64,000 nucleotides of DNA, taken from Gammaproteobacteria bacterium (lineage in GTDB: Bacteria; Pseudomonadota; Gammaproteobacteria; Eutrophobiales; Eutrophobiaceae). The notes beneath the pieces are model-generated. The model was not told where the DNA came from. It saw only the letters and a list, made by a program, of their open reading frames with translations, and searched no databases. The DNA is taken from contig JACORW010000018.1 in assembly GCA_016179185.1 (NCBI GenBank), positions 5,227 through 69,226 of the forward strand, in the 5' to 3' direction. The position numbers were made by a program, and so were the translations under genes. Positions 1 through 8,878 of the stretch are shown here, one piece after another (positions within the stretch are counted from its first letter, which is position 1; each line of letters opens with the position of its first letter).

Positions 1-534
1 ACCGATGACGGCTACCTGCCGTGACCTTCTGGGTTTTCGCCCCATTGTCGGCCGGGGCTGCAGGCAGCGCTCGGTGAAGCGCGGGTTGACTGAATCGCCG
101 TCGGTGCCCAGCAGCAGCACGAGGTCGGCGCGATTGCGCAACTCCGTGAGCGTTGTCATAATCCAGCCGCGCCGTTGCACCACCAGCGCGTTGCTGATGA
201 CGGCATGACCGTGCATGTGGTCCACGGCGGCGCCGGTCTTCTCCGCCAGCGCCAGCGCGGCGCGGCATCCTGACGCGTCCGTCGCCATCCCGGCAATTAA
301 TGGCTGGTGTGATCGTTTCAGGACCCGGGCCGCATGTTTGACAGCCTGATCCAGCGTCACCGGCAGTCCCTGGACGCGCGCCCGCGGATCGGCGCCGGAC
401 TGGGCAAATCCGCTAACGGCGCGGTCGCAGCCCCTGGCGACGACCCGGGCCGTGTCGCCGTCCATTGCCACCATCAAATCGTCGCAGTGCAGGCCGCAGA
501 ACGGGCAGGTCACATCCTTTATCGTAGTTGACAT
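1..534 (-). CDS. fhcB: Formyltransferase/hydrolase complex subunit B (FhcB-type FwdB paralogue), 3' end runs off the window
   Basis: Not in the ORF track; translated by hand from ATG at 534: MSTTIKDVTCPFCGLHCDDL...LIAGMATDASGCRAALALAEKTGAAVDHMHGHA...TTLTELRNRADLVLLLG. It has the FwdB/FhcB N-terminal Cys cluster and the TTLxExxNRAD motif, but no Cys-His metal-ligand motif. Confidence 0.85.
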   Translation of the reverse strand, partial: MSTTIKDVTCPFCGLHCDDLMVAMDGDTARVVARGCDRAVSGFAQSGADPRARVQGLPVTLDQAVKHAARVLKRSHQPLIAGMATDASGCRAALALAEKTGAAVDHMHGHAVISNALVVQRRGWIMTTLTELRNRADLVLLLGTDGDSVNPRFTERCLQPRPTMGRKPRRSRQVAVIG

Positions 535-632
535 GTTCGTTACGTTACCGGATATGGAGGCATCCCGGCGTGTCCCGGAGACGCCGGGTTGCAGCGGGCG
601 GATCGACGGCCCAACATGGCTCCACGTGCGGC

Positions 633-2021
633 TTACGCCAGCAACGCGAGCATTTCCCTGACGTAGGTAAACTTCTCCCGCGGTTTGCCGAGATTCGCGC
701 CGCGTGCGACCTCGGCTGCGTCGATTCTCTTCCAGTCGGAGAAGCTGACGGGACGGGTGCCGCGCCCGTGGAGGAGACTGCGCAGAGAGGCGAATCCGGA
801 TTTTCCGCCTGCAGCGGAAAGTTTCGGCAGATCGGCCACCAGCGATGCCACGGTAGCCACGCTGTCGGCGCGATTTGTCCCAATGATACCCGTTGGCCCG
901 CGCTTGATCCATCCGGCGACGTATATCTGCGGGACCGACTGACCTTCGGCGACGACGCGCCCCGCGAGGTTCGGGATCGTCCCGGAACGGGGATCGAACG
1001 GCACGCCGGGCATGGCGATGCCGCGGTAGCCGATGCTGCGAAACACGAGTCCGGTCTCGAGCGACATGAATTTTCCGGTGCCGCGCGCGGACTGATTCAT
1101 TGGCGCGCCGGAGAGGACATTGTGTTCCAGCACGATGTTACGCACCCGGCTGTCGCCTTCAATGCGCGCCGGGCTCTTCTGAAACGTGAATACCACGCGC
1201 CGGCGCGCCTTTCCCGGGGGCCGGGCTGCAAAACCGGAGAAAATCTCCACAATGCGTTTCGCGCCGGCATTGCCCGCGCCGGCGATCTCCGCGGCGCTGG
1301 CCTCATTGAGGGCGAGTTCGGCCGGATCGATGCTGGCGTCGCATTCCTCCAATTCGCCGAATTCCTTCAATTCCTTCGAGGTGAATTTTGCCTGGGCCGG
1401 CCCGCGCCGCCCGACGACGAAAATCTCCCTGACCTTGCTGGTGCGCAGAACCTCCAGCGCGTGTTCGGCGATATCGGTGTGGGCCAGTTCCTGAGGCGAC
1501 CTTGCCAGTATTCTGGCGACGTCGGCGGCCACGTTTCCCTGGCCGATGATCACGGCCCGTTCATGGGAAAGGTCGAAAACGCGGTCGCGGAAATCGGGAT
1601 GGCCATTGTACCAGCCGACAAACTCGGTGGCAGTGTGGCTGCCGGCAAGGCTCTCGCCATCTATGCCGAGGGGTTTGTCCGCTTCGGCGCCGCACGCGAG
1701 GATCACGGCATCGTAGGCTTCGCACAGCTCGCCCACGCTCACGTCGTTACCGACGCGGATATTGCCGTAGTACTCGAAACCCGGCATTTCCGCGATCCGG
1801 GAATAAACATCAATTACCTGTTTCAGCTTGGCGTGATCCGGAGCGACGCCGCTGCGCACCAGCCCGTACGGCACCGGCAGGCGCTCGAGCATGCTGATCT
1901 GCACCGGCAATCCGGATTTGAACAGCGCCTCAGCCGCGTAAAATCCGCTTGGGCCGCTGCCGACGATGGCCACCTGCCACGGCGCGCCGGAGGCGCCCGA
2001 GCCTTCAGCCACGGCAATCAA
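633..2021 (-). CDS. Ferredoxin-NADP+ reductase, adrenodoxin reductase/FprA family
   Basis: VAIVGSGPSGFYAA, PYGLVRSGVAPDH, IGQGNVAADVAR and GWIKRGPTGIIGTN motifs. Confidence 0.9.
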   Translation of the reverse strand: MIAVAEGSGASGAPWQVAIVGSGPSGFYAAEALFKSGLPVQISMLERLPVPYGLVRSGVAPDHAKLKQVIDVYSRIAEMPGFEYYGNIRVGNDVSVGELCEAYDAVILACGAEADKPLGIDGESLAGSHTATEFVGWYNGHPDFRDRVFDLSHERAVIIGQGNVAADVARILARSPQELAHTDIAEHALEVLRTSKVREIFVVGRRGPAQAKFTSKELKEFGELEECDASIDPAELALNEASAAEIAGAGNAGAKRIVEIFSGFAARPPGKARRRVVFTFQKSPARIEGDSRVRNIVLEHNVLSGAPMNQSARGTGKFMSLETGLVFRSIGYRGIAMPGVPFDPRSGTIPNLAGRVVAEGQSVPQIYVAGWIKRGPTGIIGTNRADSVATVASLVADLPKLSAAGGKSGFASLRSLLHGRGTRPVSFSDWKRIDAAEVARGANLGKPREKFTYVREMLALLA

Positions 2022-2052
2022 CCCCGGTCACCAGTTTTTGGCTCGGCCCCGT

Positions 2053-2358
2053 TCAGAATCCGAGCGCGGATTTTCTTTCCTCCGCCCCGGGCAGGGGATC
2101 CATCTGCTCGCTGCATACCGGCAGACCCTTGGAGCGTGTGGCGTTGATCTCAATCCACTCGCGCTTGTCATCCGGGAGATCGTCTTCCTCAAAGATGGCC
2201 TGCACCGGGCATTCGGGGATGCACGCGCTGCAATCGATGCAGACGTCGGGGTCTATGTAAAGCATCTCGCCGTCGTAATGGAAACATTCTACGGGGCAAA
2301 CGGCGACGCAATCGGTGAAGCGGCAACCTTGGCAGTTGTCAGTGACTACGGTGGTCAT
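2053..2358 (-). CDS. fdxA: 7Fe ([3Fe-4S][4Fe-4S]) ferredoxin, FdxA family
   Basis: MTTVVTDNCQGCRFTDCVAVCPVECF...CIDCSACIPECP pattern, as in Azotobacter-type FdI; start placed at ATG 2358. Confidence 0.88.
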   Translation of the reverse strand: MTTVVTDNCQGCRFTDCVAVCPVECFHYDGEMLYIDPDVCIDCSACIPECPVQAIFEEDDLPDDKREWIEINATRSKGLPVCSEQMDPLPGAEERKSALGF

Positions 2359-2390
2359 GGGGTTTCCCTCGTTGCTGTGGCAATGACAAT

Positions 2391-3200
2391 TCAAATTGAC
2401 GGTGACAGGATCTCGCCGCGGTTAAGCTCCACCGCATCCCCGCACCAGCGGCGGTACGAGGCGGACAGCTGACCGTCCGTCACCGGCAGACCAAGTCTCC
2501 GCAGGTGGAGGAGATACAGGGGCAGAAACGACGGCCGGTATTCGCATGCGTAGGCGAATGTCGGCAGCACTTCCAGCGGCTGCATTGCGATGATCGTCCC
2601 GCGTTTCATGCCGGCCCCGGTCCGAATTCCCGCGGCGCCGAAAATTGTAACAGTGCCGGCCAGCATGTTGACACCGGCAAAATCGCCGCAGCTCCCGCCG
2701 ATGGCAATCAGGCCGCCGCGCATGCCGTGGCCGGCCTCGTTCCGGGCGGCGCCGTGAATGATGATTTCGCCGCCGGTCATGCCCACGGCGGCGCCGCGGT
2801 AAGCGCTGCCTGCGAGATGGCCGGCGCTGCCGCGTATGACGATACGCCCACCCCGCATCTCCGGGCCGACCCAGTCGCCCGCATTACCGGAGACGACGAT
2901 GGTGCCGCCGAGCATTTCCGCACCAAGATGGGCACCGGCGTGGCCGTCAATGTGGATCTGGCCGCAGGACATTGTCGCGCCGATGTGCTTGACCCGGGAC
3001 ATGTCTCCGCGCAGCTGGATGGTTTCACCGGGCGCGCCTGACACGGTGAACACTTCCGCCAGCGGCACCTGGCGATTTCCATAAAACACCGGCAGGCGCT
3101 CGATTTCGGCAATGGGCAGTTGCCTCAGGCGATCCGGAGTAATGCAGTCCGCTTCCACCGGTACCTCGGGCGCGGCGCGCAGTTCCAGCCGCAGGGTCAC
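2391..3200 (-). CDS. fwdC: Formylmethanofuran dehydrogenase subunit C (FwdC/FhcC)
   Basis: Repeated GxxMxGGxIxxxG beta-helix units; operon context. Confidence 0.92.
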   Translation of the reverse strand: MTLRLELRAAPEVPVEADCITPDRLRQLPIAEIERLPVFYGNRQVPLAEVFTVSGAPGETIQLRGDMSRVKHIGATMSCGQIHIDGHAGAHLGAEMLGGTIVVSGNAGDWVGPEMRGGRIVIRGSAGHLAGSAYRGAAVGMTGGEIIIHGAARNEAGHGMRGGLIAIGGSCGDFAGVNMLAGTVTIFGAAGIRTGAGMKRGTIIAMQPLEVLPTFAYACEYRPSFLPLYLLHLRRLGLPVTDGQLSASYRRWCGDAVELNRGEILSPSI

Positions 3201-4099
3201 GGCACGGCCCCGCCGTTCAGGAGGCTGTGCAGCCGGATCTGGTATTGCCCGAGGTTTCCGCCGTAATTGCCCGCCGAGATCGCGGCCAGACCGGGGCGGG
3301 CCGCGGCCTGCATGCCGGCGGCCATGGCGCAGCGCACGGCGTGTTCGCTCAGGCCGTCAATGACGATCTCCAGGGCGCAATTCACTTCGGGGCGCAGGCC
3401 GGTTGCGCCGGCAACGGAGCGCAGGGTGGGGCAAAAGGCATCGTTGGTCGAGGCAGGCAGGCCCTTGTAACGGGACCCCACCTTGCTGCCGCTGCGCACG
3501 ACCCCGCCGGGGAAGGGCAGGGCCACATCGGGCAGTGCGCGGATCGCGGCAACGGCGGCCTGGGCGGCGGCCACGGCCGTCCCGGCGTCCGTACCGCACA
3601 GAATCAGGTTGCCGCCGCCGACAGCCGGCTGCATCCCGAAACGATCCTGCACCAGAAACTCGCCGTCCATGACCGGGATGCGCCAGTAGCGCCGGTCGCC
3701 GATTTTCTTGCTCATCTGATATCCATCGCCGAAATATCGCAGTTTCCCGCCGATGCTCGTGTCATGACCGGAGTCCAGTCCCGCAAAGCATGCCGTCGTG
3801 GGACAGGTCATCACGCACTGCCCGATGCGCTCCACCAGCCGCTTGCCGAGCGCGGCCTTGTCCATCGCGAACAGGAGGATGCTCGCGCCGGGACGGCCGT
3901 CGGGCGTCTCCTGCGCCGCAAGCGCGCGTTCGATTCCAGCCTCGCACTTGCAGCCGATGACCGACGTGGCAAAGCCGGTCATGGATTGCGCCGCTGCCTG
4001 CGCCCATTCGGGGCCGGCCGCGGTGACGACCACGCGCGTGCCCCACATGGCGAATGCCTCGGCAAAAGTATCTTCGATGTGCGTGGATCCGATCTGCAT
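3197..4099 (-). CDS. ftr: Formylmethanofuran:H4MPT formyltransferase (Ftr/FhcD)
   Basis: IEDTFAEAF, GFATSVIGCKCEAG, TPDGRPG, GGVVRSGSKVGS and ISAGNYGGNLG motifs; real start likely ATG 4099. Confidence 0.93.
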   Translation of the reverse strand: MQIGSTHIEDTFAEAFAMWGTRVVVTAAGPEWAQAAAQSMTGFATSVIGCKCEAGIERALAAQETPDGRPGASILLFAMDKAALGKRLVERIGQCVMTCPTTACFAGLDSGHDTSIGGKLRYFGDGYQMSKKIGDRRYWRIPVMDGEFLVQDRFGMQPAVGGGNLILCGTDAGTAVAAAQAAVAAIRALPDVALPFPGGVVRSGSKVGSRYKGLPASTNDAFCPTLRSVAGATGLRPEVNCALEIVIDGLSEHAVRCAMAAGMQAAARPGLAAISAGNYGGNLGQYQIRLHSLLNGGAVP

Positions 4100-4106
4100 C
4101 GTCAGT

Positions 4107-5756
4107 TCAACCGGTCGCCGGTCGCAGCGGGATGACCTCGTGATCATGCAGGTAGCTGTCAGGGACTGCGTAATTGTCGAATTCGATGGAATAATAATTC
4201 TCGAAGAACGGACGCACCGCATCCACGATGGATGCGTCGTACTCGGGGGCAATGTGCAGCATCCGGCCGCTGAAGTCGGCGCAGAACTCGTGGTTATCTA
4301 TGATCATGTGGCCCGATTTGATTACGTAGCGTGGGGCGCTGAACATGCGTTCCCGGTCAGGGTGGTCGTCATAAATGGTGATGTCGGCGTCCGCGCCTGC
4401 TCCCAGGTGCCCCTTGTTGCGCAGGCCCAGCGCCCGTGCCGGCCCGGCGCGCGTGATGATGGCGATCTCGTTCAGGGAGTATTCGCGATCCAGGTCCGGC
4501 AGCGTGGTCCTGGCGATGGCGCGCCGGTTGACCCGCTGCATTTCCTGCTTCCGGAAATCGCGATCCATCAGCAGCCGGATGAGCTTTGGGTAACTCTGGA
4601 ACGAACCGCCATTGGGATGGTCCGTGGACAGGATGATGCGCCACGGGTCCGCAGACATCAGGAACAGCTCCAGTCCGATGGCCCATTGCAGGGCGTGCAC
4701 ATAGACTTTTTCCTGATAACTGAACGGCAGAATGCCGCAGCCGCTTTCGCATTCCGTGTCGGCGTTGATCCACTTGGCCTTCTTGATGCCGCGCAGCATG
4801 TAGGCCAGCGGGGCATCCGCGGTCATGATCGTGGACTTGCCGAACATGACCTGGCCCACGTCGCAGGTGATATTCGGATGCGCGTTCACGTAGTCGGCGA
4901 TCTCCCGGGCGGCGGAGCCCGGGTTCTTCCCGGGCTCACCGGCGTAGCTGTGAAACTGGATGTGGGCCACGTGCAGCCGCCGGTCACCGGCGGTCTTCAT
5001 GGTTTCCAGCGTGGTGCGGAAGTTGCCGCTGTGGCCGAGGTTGTTGCAGTGAATATGCGGCGGGTGCGGGAAACCGGCGTCGTTCGCCACCTCGACGAAG
5101 GCGTCAATGATCTGGCGTGGGCTGATGCCGAACACGTCGTTCTTTTCGTCCAGATCGGAAACATTGGAATTGCGCCGCCCCTTCCACGGTTCATCACCGC
5201 CGGGATTTACGAGCTTGGCCGTGTAGGCCTTGGTGGAATTAATCCACCAGGCCACCGCCTGCCGGAACTCCGACCTGCGCCCGTCCCGCAGCAGCTGCTG
5301 CAGAAAAATATTGTTGCCGAGCAGCACATAGAATCCCTTGTCGATGATCGGCGTGTCATGCAGTTCCTCCAGCGTGTGCCGCGCGCCGATGGGCGTGACC
5401 GCCGCTTCCATGGCCGTGGTGTATCCGAGCGTGGCATACCGGTAACCGGTGGCGAATGTTGACGGCACAATCCCGCCGGAGCCCGAGCGCGTAAACCTGG
5501 TTCCCGGGTGCGGGTCGCGGCGGTGGTCCTCCGGCTGGAGCTTGCGCGCGAGATTGACCTTGGGACCGGCGATGTGACAGTGAATGTCCACGCCGCCCGG
5601 CATGACGACCATGCCGCGGGCGTCTATGGTGCGATCGGGCTCCGCAACCGCGTCGGCGATCCTGCCGTCGCGCACGAACAGGGTGCGGGGTTCGCCGGCG
5701 ATCCGGTTGGCCGGGTCATGGACGCTGCCGTTGACGATGCACAGGGTGCTGGACAT
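4107..5756 (-). CDS. fwdA: Formylmethanofuran dehydrogenase subunit A (binuclear amidohydrolase)
   Basis: GGVDIHCHIAG, KLVNPGG, HIHCNNLG, HIQFHSY and STDHPNGG motifs. Confidence 0.95.
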   Translation of the reverse strand: MSSTLCIVNGSVHDPANRIAGEPRTLFVRDGRIADAVAEPDRTIDARGMVVMPGGVDIHCHIAGPKVNLARKLQPEDHRRDPHPGTRFTRSGSGGIVPSTFATGYRYATLGYTTAMEAAVTPIGARHTLEELHDTPIIDKGFYVLLGNNIFLQQLLRDGRRSEFRQAVAWWINSTKAYTAKLVNPGGDEPWKGRRNSNVSDLDEKNDVFGISPRQIIDAFVEVANDAGFPHPPHIHCNNLGHSGNFRTTLETMKTAGDRRLHVAHIQFHSYAGEPGKNPGSAAREIADYVNAHPNITCDVGQVMFGKSTIMTADAPLAYMLRGIKKAKWINADTECESGCGILPFSYQEKVYVHALQWAIGLELFLMSADPWRIILSTDHPNGGSFQSYPKLIRLLMDRDFRKQEMQRVNRRAIARTTLPDLDREYSLNEIAIITRAGPARALGLRNKGHLGAGADADITIYDDHPDRERMFSAPRYVIKSGHMIIDNHEFCADFSGRMLHIAPEYDASIVDAVRPFFENYYSIEFDNYAVPDSYLHDHEVIPLRPATG

Positions 5757-5801
5757 GCCCGGTACCGATCCAGGTTGTGGTGGTGCGCTGGGCCGCCGTG
5801 C

Positions 5802-7157
5802 TCAGGCGGTCAGCGGCAATTCGAAAGCGGACCTGGCGCCATGCGGGGTGCGGGCCAGCAGCAGCTCGCGCACCTTCTCCCGGATGGCCTTCAGGATGGA
5901 CTCGTCATCGGGAAACGGCGAATCGAATGCCTTGCGCATCGTGATCGGCACATCGTCCATCCGGTATACGGTGCCGCCGGTATTGATGCCGTAGGTCGCG
6001 GTCCGAAAGGCCACGCGGGCAAGACCGGAAGTCAGCGTCGCTTTCGGGTCCAGCGAGATCACGGGTATGCGTCGCAGGTGGGCGGTGGCCTCCCTGGGAA
6101 AATTGGACGCGGGATCGCTGGCGATGATCATCGCCGCATCGGCGTCGCCGCGCGCAAGGGTGTCCACCGTGGTGAATTCTCCGGGATTGAAGCGTGGATA
6201 GCCGCGGCTGAAATTGACGCCGAACGGATAGCCGGTCTGCCAGGACATGACGTTGTCCGCGCCGGTGACGTTGCCGTGGCCGCGCACCGGTTTGGCGACA
6301 AAATGGGTGAATTCATTCAAATCCGTGGCCAGCGCAAGCAGCGCGCCGGAATTGAAGTGCCGGCCGCGGGTCATGGTCAACCCCATGCCGAAGAACAGCA
6401 CGCCGTACCGGCAGCCTTTCATCCGCTGCACGAGATCCTCGATCGTGGCCGGCGGCACGCCGGTAATTTCCTCGATGTCCGCATGGATCGGGCGCCCCTT
6501 GACGCGCACCCGCAGCGCCCACAGCAGTTCAAAATCCTTGCCCGGCTTCAGTTGCACGAAGATGTTGGCGGCGGGGACGCTGGGCGTGCGGCGCACGTCG
6601 ATCACGACCACGGTGCGATCCTTCTTGCCGTTGGGGGTGAACATTCCCTTCGCCGTGACCGCGTAGCGGCCAAAGTGCCGCGGGTGGGATTCGGCCGGAT
6701 TGCCGCCCCAGTAGATCACCAGATCAGCGCGGTTCTTGACCTCTCCCAGCGTCATGGTGCTTTCACCGACACCCTGGAAGGCAATACCCGACGGGCCATG
6801 ACAAACCGATGTGGTGGTGTCGATGTTGCCGCGTACCATGTCCATGATTGCGACCGCCTGCCGCTGGGCCTCGCAGGTGGTATCGCTGAGGCCGTAGGCG
6901 ATCGGAAACCGCGCCTCCACCAGTATGCGCGCCGCCTCCGCGACGGCCGCGTCAATCGTGGCGGGTTTACCCTCCATCAAGGCGGCCGGCGCCTCTTCAA
7001 TGGTGTGTTCCGCAAACCAGGCCCGTCCCAGCACACAGGCATTCTTGGCCTTGACGATCCGTTTCTGCGTATCGTCCACGGTCAGGATCATGTCATCGCA
7101 GACGCATCCGCAAAAGGTGCAGGTGGCGTTTTCAACGACGCGCAGGTTCTCACTCAT
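5802..7157 (-). CDS. fwdB: Formylmethanofuran dehydrogenase subunit B, Mo/W-pterin catalytic type
   Basis: CTFCGCVCDD...NACVLG [4Fe-4S] motif, TTSVCHGP Cys-His ligand motif, HPRH, PVRGHGNV and GTVYRMD; ATG 7157 overlaps the fwdD stop. Confidence 0.93.
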   Translation of the reverse strand: MSENLRVVENATCTFCGCVCDDMILTVDDTQKRIVKAKNACVLGRAWFAEHTIEEAPAALMEGKPATIDAAVAEAARILVEARFPIAYGLSDTTCEAQRQAVAIMDMVRGNIDTTTSVCHGPSGIAFQGVGESTMTLGEVKNRADLVIYWGGNPAESHPRHFGRYAVTAKGMFTPNGKKDRTVVVIDVRRTPSVPAANIFVQLKPGKDFELLWALRVRVKGRPIHADIEEITGVPPATIEDLVQRMKGCRYGVLFFGMGLTMTRGRHFNSGALLALATDLNEFTHFVAKPVRGHGNVTGADNVMSWQTGYPFGVNFSRGYPRFNPGEFTTVDTLARGDADAAMIIASDPASNFPREATAHLRRIPVISLDPKATLTSGLARVAFRTATYGINTGGTVYRMDDVPITMRKAFDSPFPDDESILKAIREKVRELLLARTPHGARSAFELPLTA

Positions 7158-7531
7158 GGATTGACACCTTCGCTGTTGCGATGTCCGGCAGGCACTTTTT
7201 CGACGGTTACCGCCAGGTTTTTCGACAACGGCATGCCGCTGCCCGCGGTATCCGCCTCCATGAGTTCGCTGGAACACGGTCCATAGGCCATGAAGATCAT
7301 GCCGGAGGGGAGGTCCGCGGCCTTGCGCGGCGTGCAGGTGACCGTAGTCTCGCCGGCGTCGTTGCGGAGCCGGACGCGATCACCCTCCTTCAGTCCGAGC
7401 CGGGCCATATCCTGCTCGTTCATCTCCGCGGTGGAGGTGACCTGCTGGTATTCCGCTTTCAGCTTGCCCTTGTTCAGGGAGGTTCCCTGCTCGCTGGTGC
7501 GTCCCGCGATCAACAACATGGTTTCAGTCAT
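7154..7531 (-). CDS. fwdD: Formylmethanofuran dehydrogenase subunit D (molybdopterin dinucleotide-binding domain)
   Basis: LIAGRTSEQG, MNEQDMARLGL, GMIFMAYGP and TAGSGMPLSK are typical of FwdD/FmdD. Confidence 0.9.
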   Translation of the reverse strand: MTETMLLIAGRTSEQGTSLNKGKLKAEYQQVTSTAEMNEQDMARLGLKEGDRVRLRNDAGETTVTCTPRKAADLPSGMIFMAYGPCSSELMEADTAGSGMPLSKNLAVTVEKVPAGHRNSEGVNP

Positions 7532-7847
7532 GATCAGGTCCGAATTCGATTGCGCCGGGAGCTTGCCCCGAACAAGGGCAGTCCGGCAAGGCGTTTCCGT
7601 GTTGCCGGGAAAGGGGAGGGGCCTGCCAGCGCCGTCGGACCATCAACCTTGCCGCTGCCCTGCATGATACCTGAAGAACAGCGGATTTTCCCGGGAGTTC
7701 CCTGACATATGGCTGGTCAGGGTGGCGGCCAATTACCCGGTCCGCGCCTTCCGGCGCAACCGGACCGGGTAGTTCGCGGTGGTAAGATGCGCGGCGAGTC
7801 TTACCCCCAGCCTGGTTGCCCCCACGTGCAGCCGGAGGAGAGGCGCA

Positions 7848-8831
7848 GTGGCCCGAGACGTTCGAATCCATGTGCAGGCCCATGCCAGGCTGCATCTTGG
7901 TTTTCTGGACTTTCATGGTTCGCGCGGCCGCCAGTTCGGCAGCATCGGTCTTTCACTGCAGGACGTTGCGCTGGAGTTGGCGGTTGCCCCGGATGCAAGT
8001 ATCAATGTCACCGGCCCGGGTGGTGCGCGGGTCGAAGCCGTGGCGCGTGTGGTGCTGGAGAAAATTGGTCATGCCGGCGGTGCGAACATCCGGATAAGCC
8101 GCGCCATCCCGGAGCACGCCGGACTGGGCTCGGGCACCCAACTGGCCCTGGCGGTGGGTAGCGCCTGCGCGCGACTCGCCGGCGCGCGGTTGTCGCCCGA
8201 GGAGCTGGCGCAACTGCTGGTGCGGGGTCAGCGATCGGGGATCGGTATCGGGACGTTTTCCCTGGGTGGCTTCATCGTGGATGCGGGACGCGGCGCCGCA
8301 ACCAGCCTGCCGCCGGTCGTCAGCCGCTTGCCGGTGCCCGAGCAGTGGCGATTTGTCCTGATCATGGATCGCTCACGCCAAGGCGTCTGCGGCGATGAGG
8401 AGCGGCAGGCCTTCGTGGATCTGCCCGCAATGCCGGAGTCCCAGTCCGCGCATCTCTGCCGCATGGTGTTGCTGCAGCTTTTGCCTGCGCTGGTGGAGTC
8501 GGACTGCACCGCGTTCGGCGCCGGCGTCACCGATATCCAGTCGATCATCGGCGAATATTTTGCGGGCCGGCAGTCGGGACATTATCGAAGTCCCGACGTG
8601 GCGGCCGCACTCATGTCCATGATGGAATGCGGTGCCACCGGCAGCGGCCAGAGTTCCTGGGGGCCGACGGGATTCGCGATATTTCCCGATTCGGCGGCTG
8701 CGGCCCGCGCGGTGGAGCTTGCCCGCCGGCGCTGGCATGACAATCCACGCCTCGATTTTGTATCATGCCGCGCCGCCAACCACCCTGCGGTCATTCGGTC
8801 TGAGACCGCGGCCCGCCACGCGCACGGCTGA
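7848..8831 (+). CDS. mptG: Beta-ribofuranosylaminobenzene 5'-phosphate synthase
   Basis: ARLHLGFLD, HAGLGSGTQLAL, RSGIGIGTF..GGFIVDAG and GQSSWGPTGF; GTG at 7848 follows a GGAGGAG RBS. Confidence 0.92.
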   Translation: MARDVRIHVQAHARLHLGFLDFHGSRGRQFGSIGLSLQDVALELAVAPDASINVTGPGGARVEAVARVVLEKIGHAGGANIRISRAIPEHAGLGSGTQLALAVGSACARLAGARLSPEELAQLLVRGQRSGIGIGTFSLGGFIVDAGRGAATSLPPVVSRLPVPEQWRFVLIMDRSRQGVCGDEERQAFVDLPAMPESQSAHLCRMVLLQLLPALVESDCTAFGAGVTDIQSIIGEYFAGRQSGHYRSPDVAAALMSMMECGATGSGQSSWGPTGFAIFPDSAAAARAVELARRRWHDNPRLDFVSCRAANHPAVIRSETAARHAHG

Positions 8832-8878
8832 ACCGCCGGCGCGGGGCAGTCCCGGAAAATATTGCTGGAGATCCTCCG

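Noticed and set aside
6801-6803. Possible selenocysteine at the FwdB metal ligand
   Set aside because: The codon is TGT (Cys), not TGA
528-7286. Long plus-strand ORFs (539, 554 and 592 aa) and many similar antisense ORFs across the window
   Set aside because: They are shadow frames opposite well-supported genes in GC-rich DNA and show no recognisable motifs
7532-7700. Moco/Tuco riboswitch upstream of fwdD
   Set aside because: Only a GGAAAC loop resembles it; I could not see the other conserved segments
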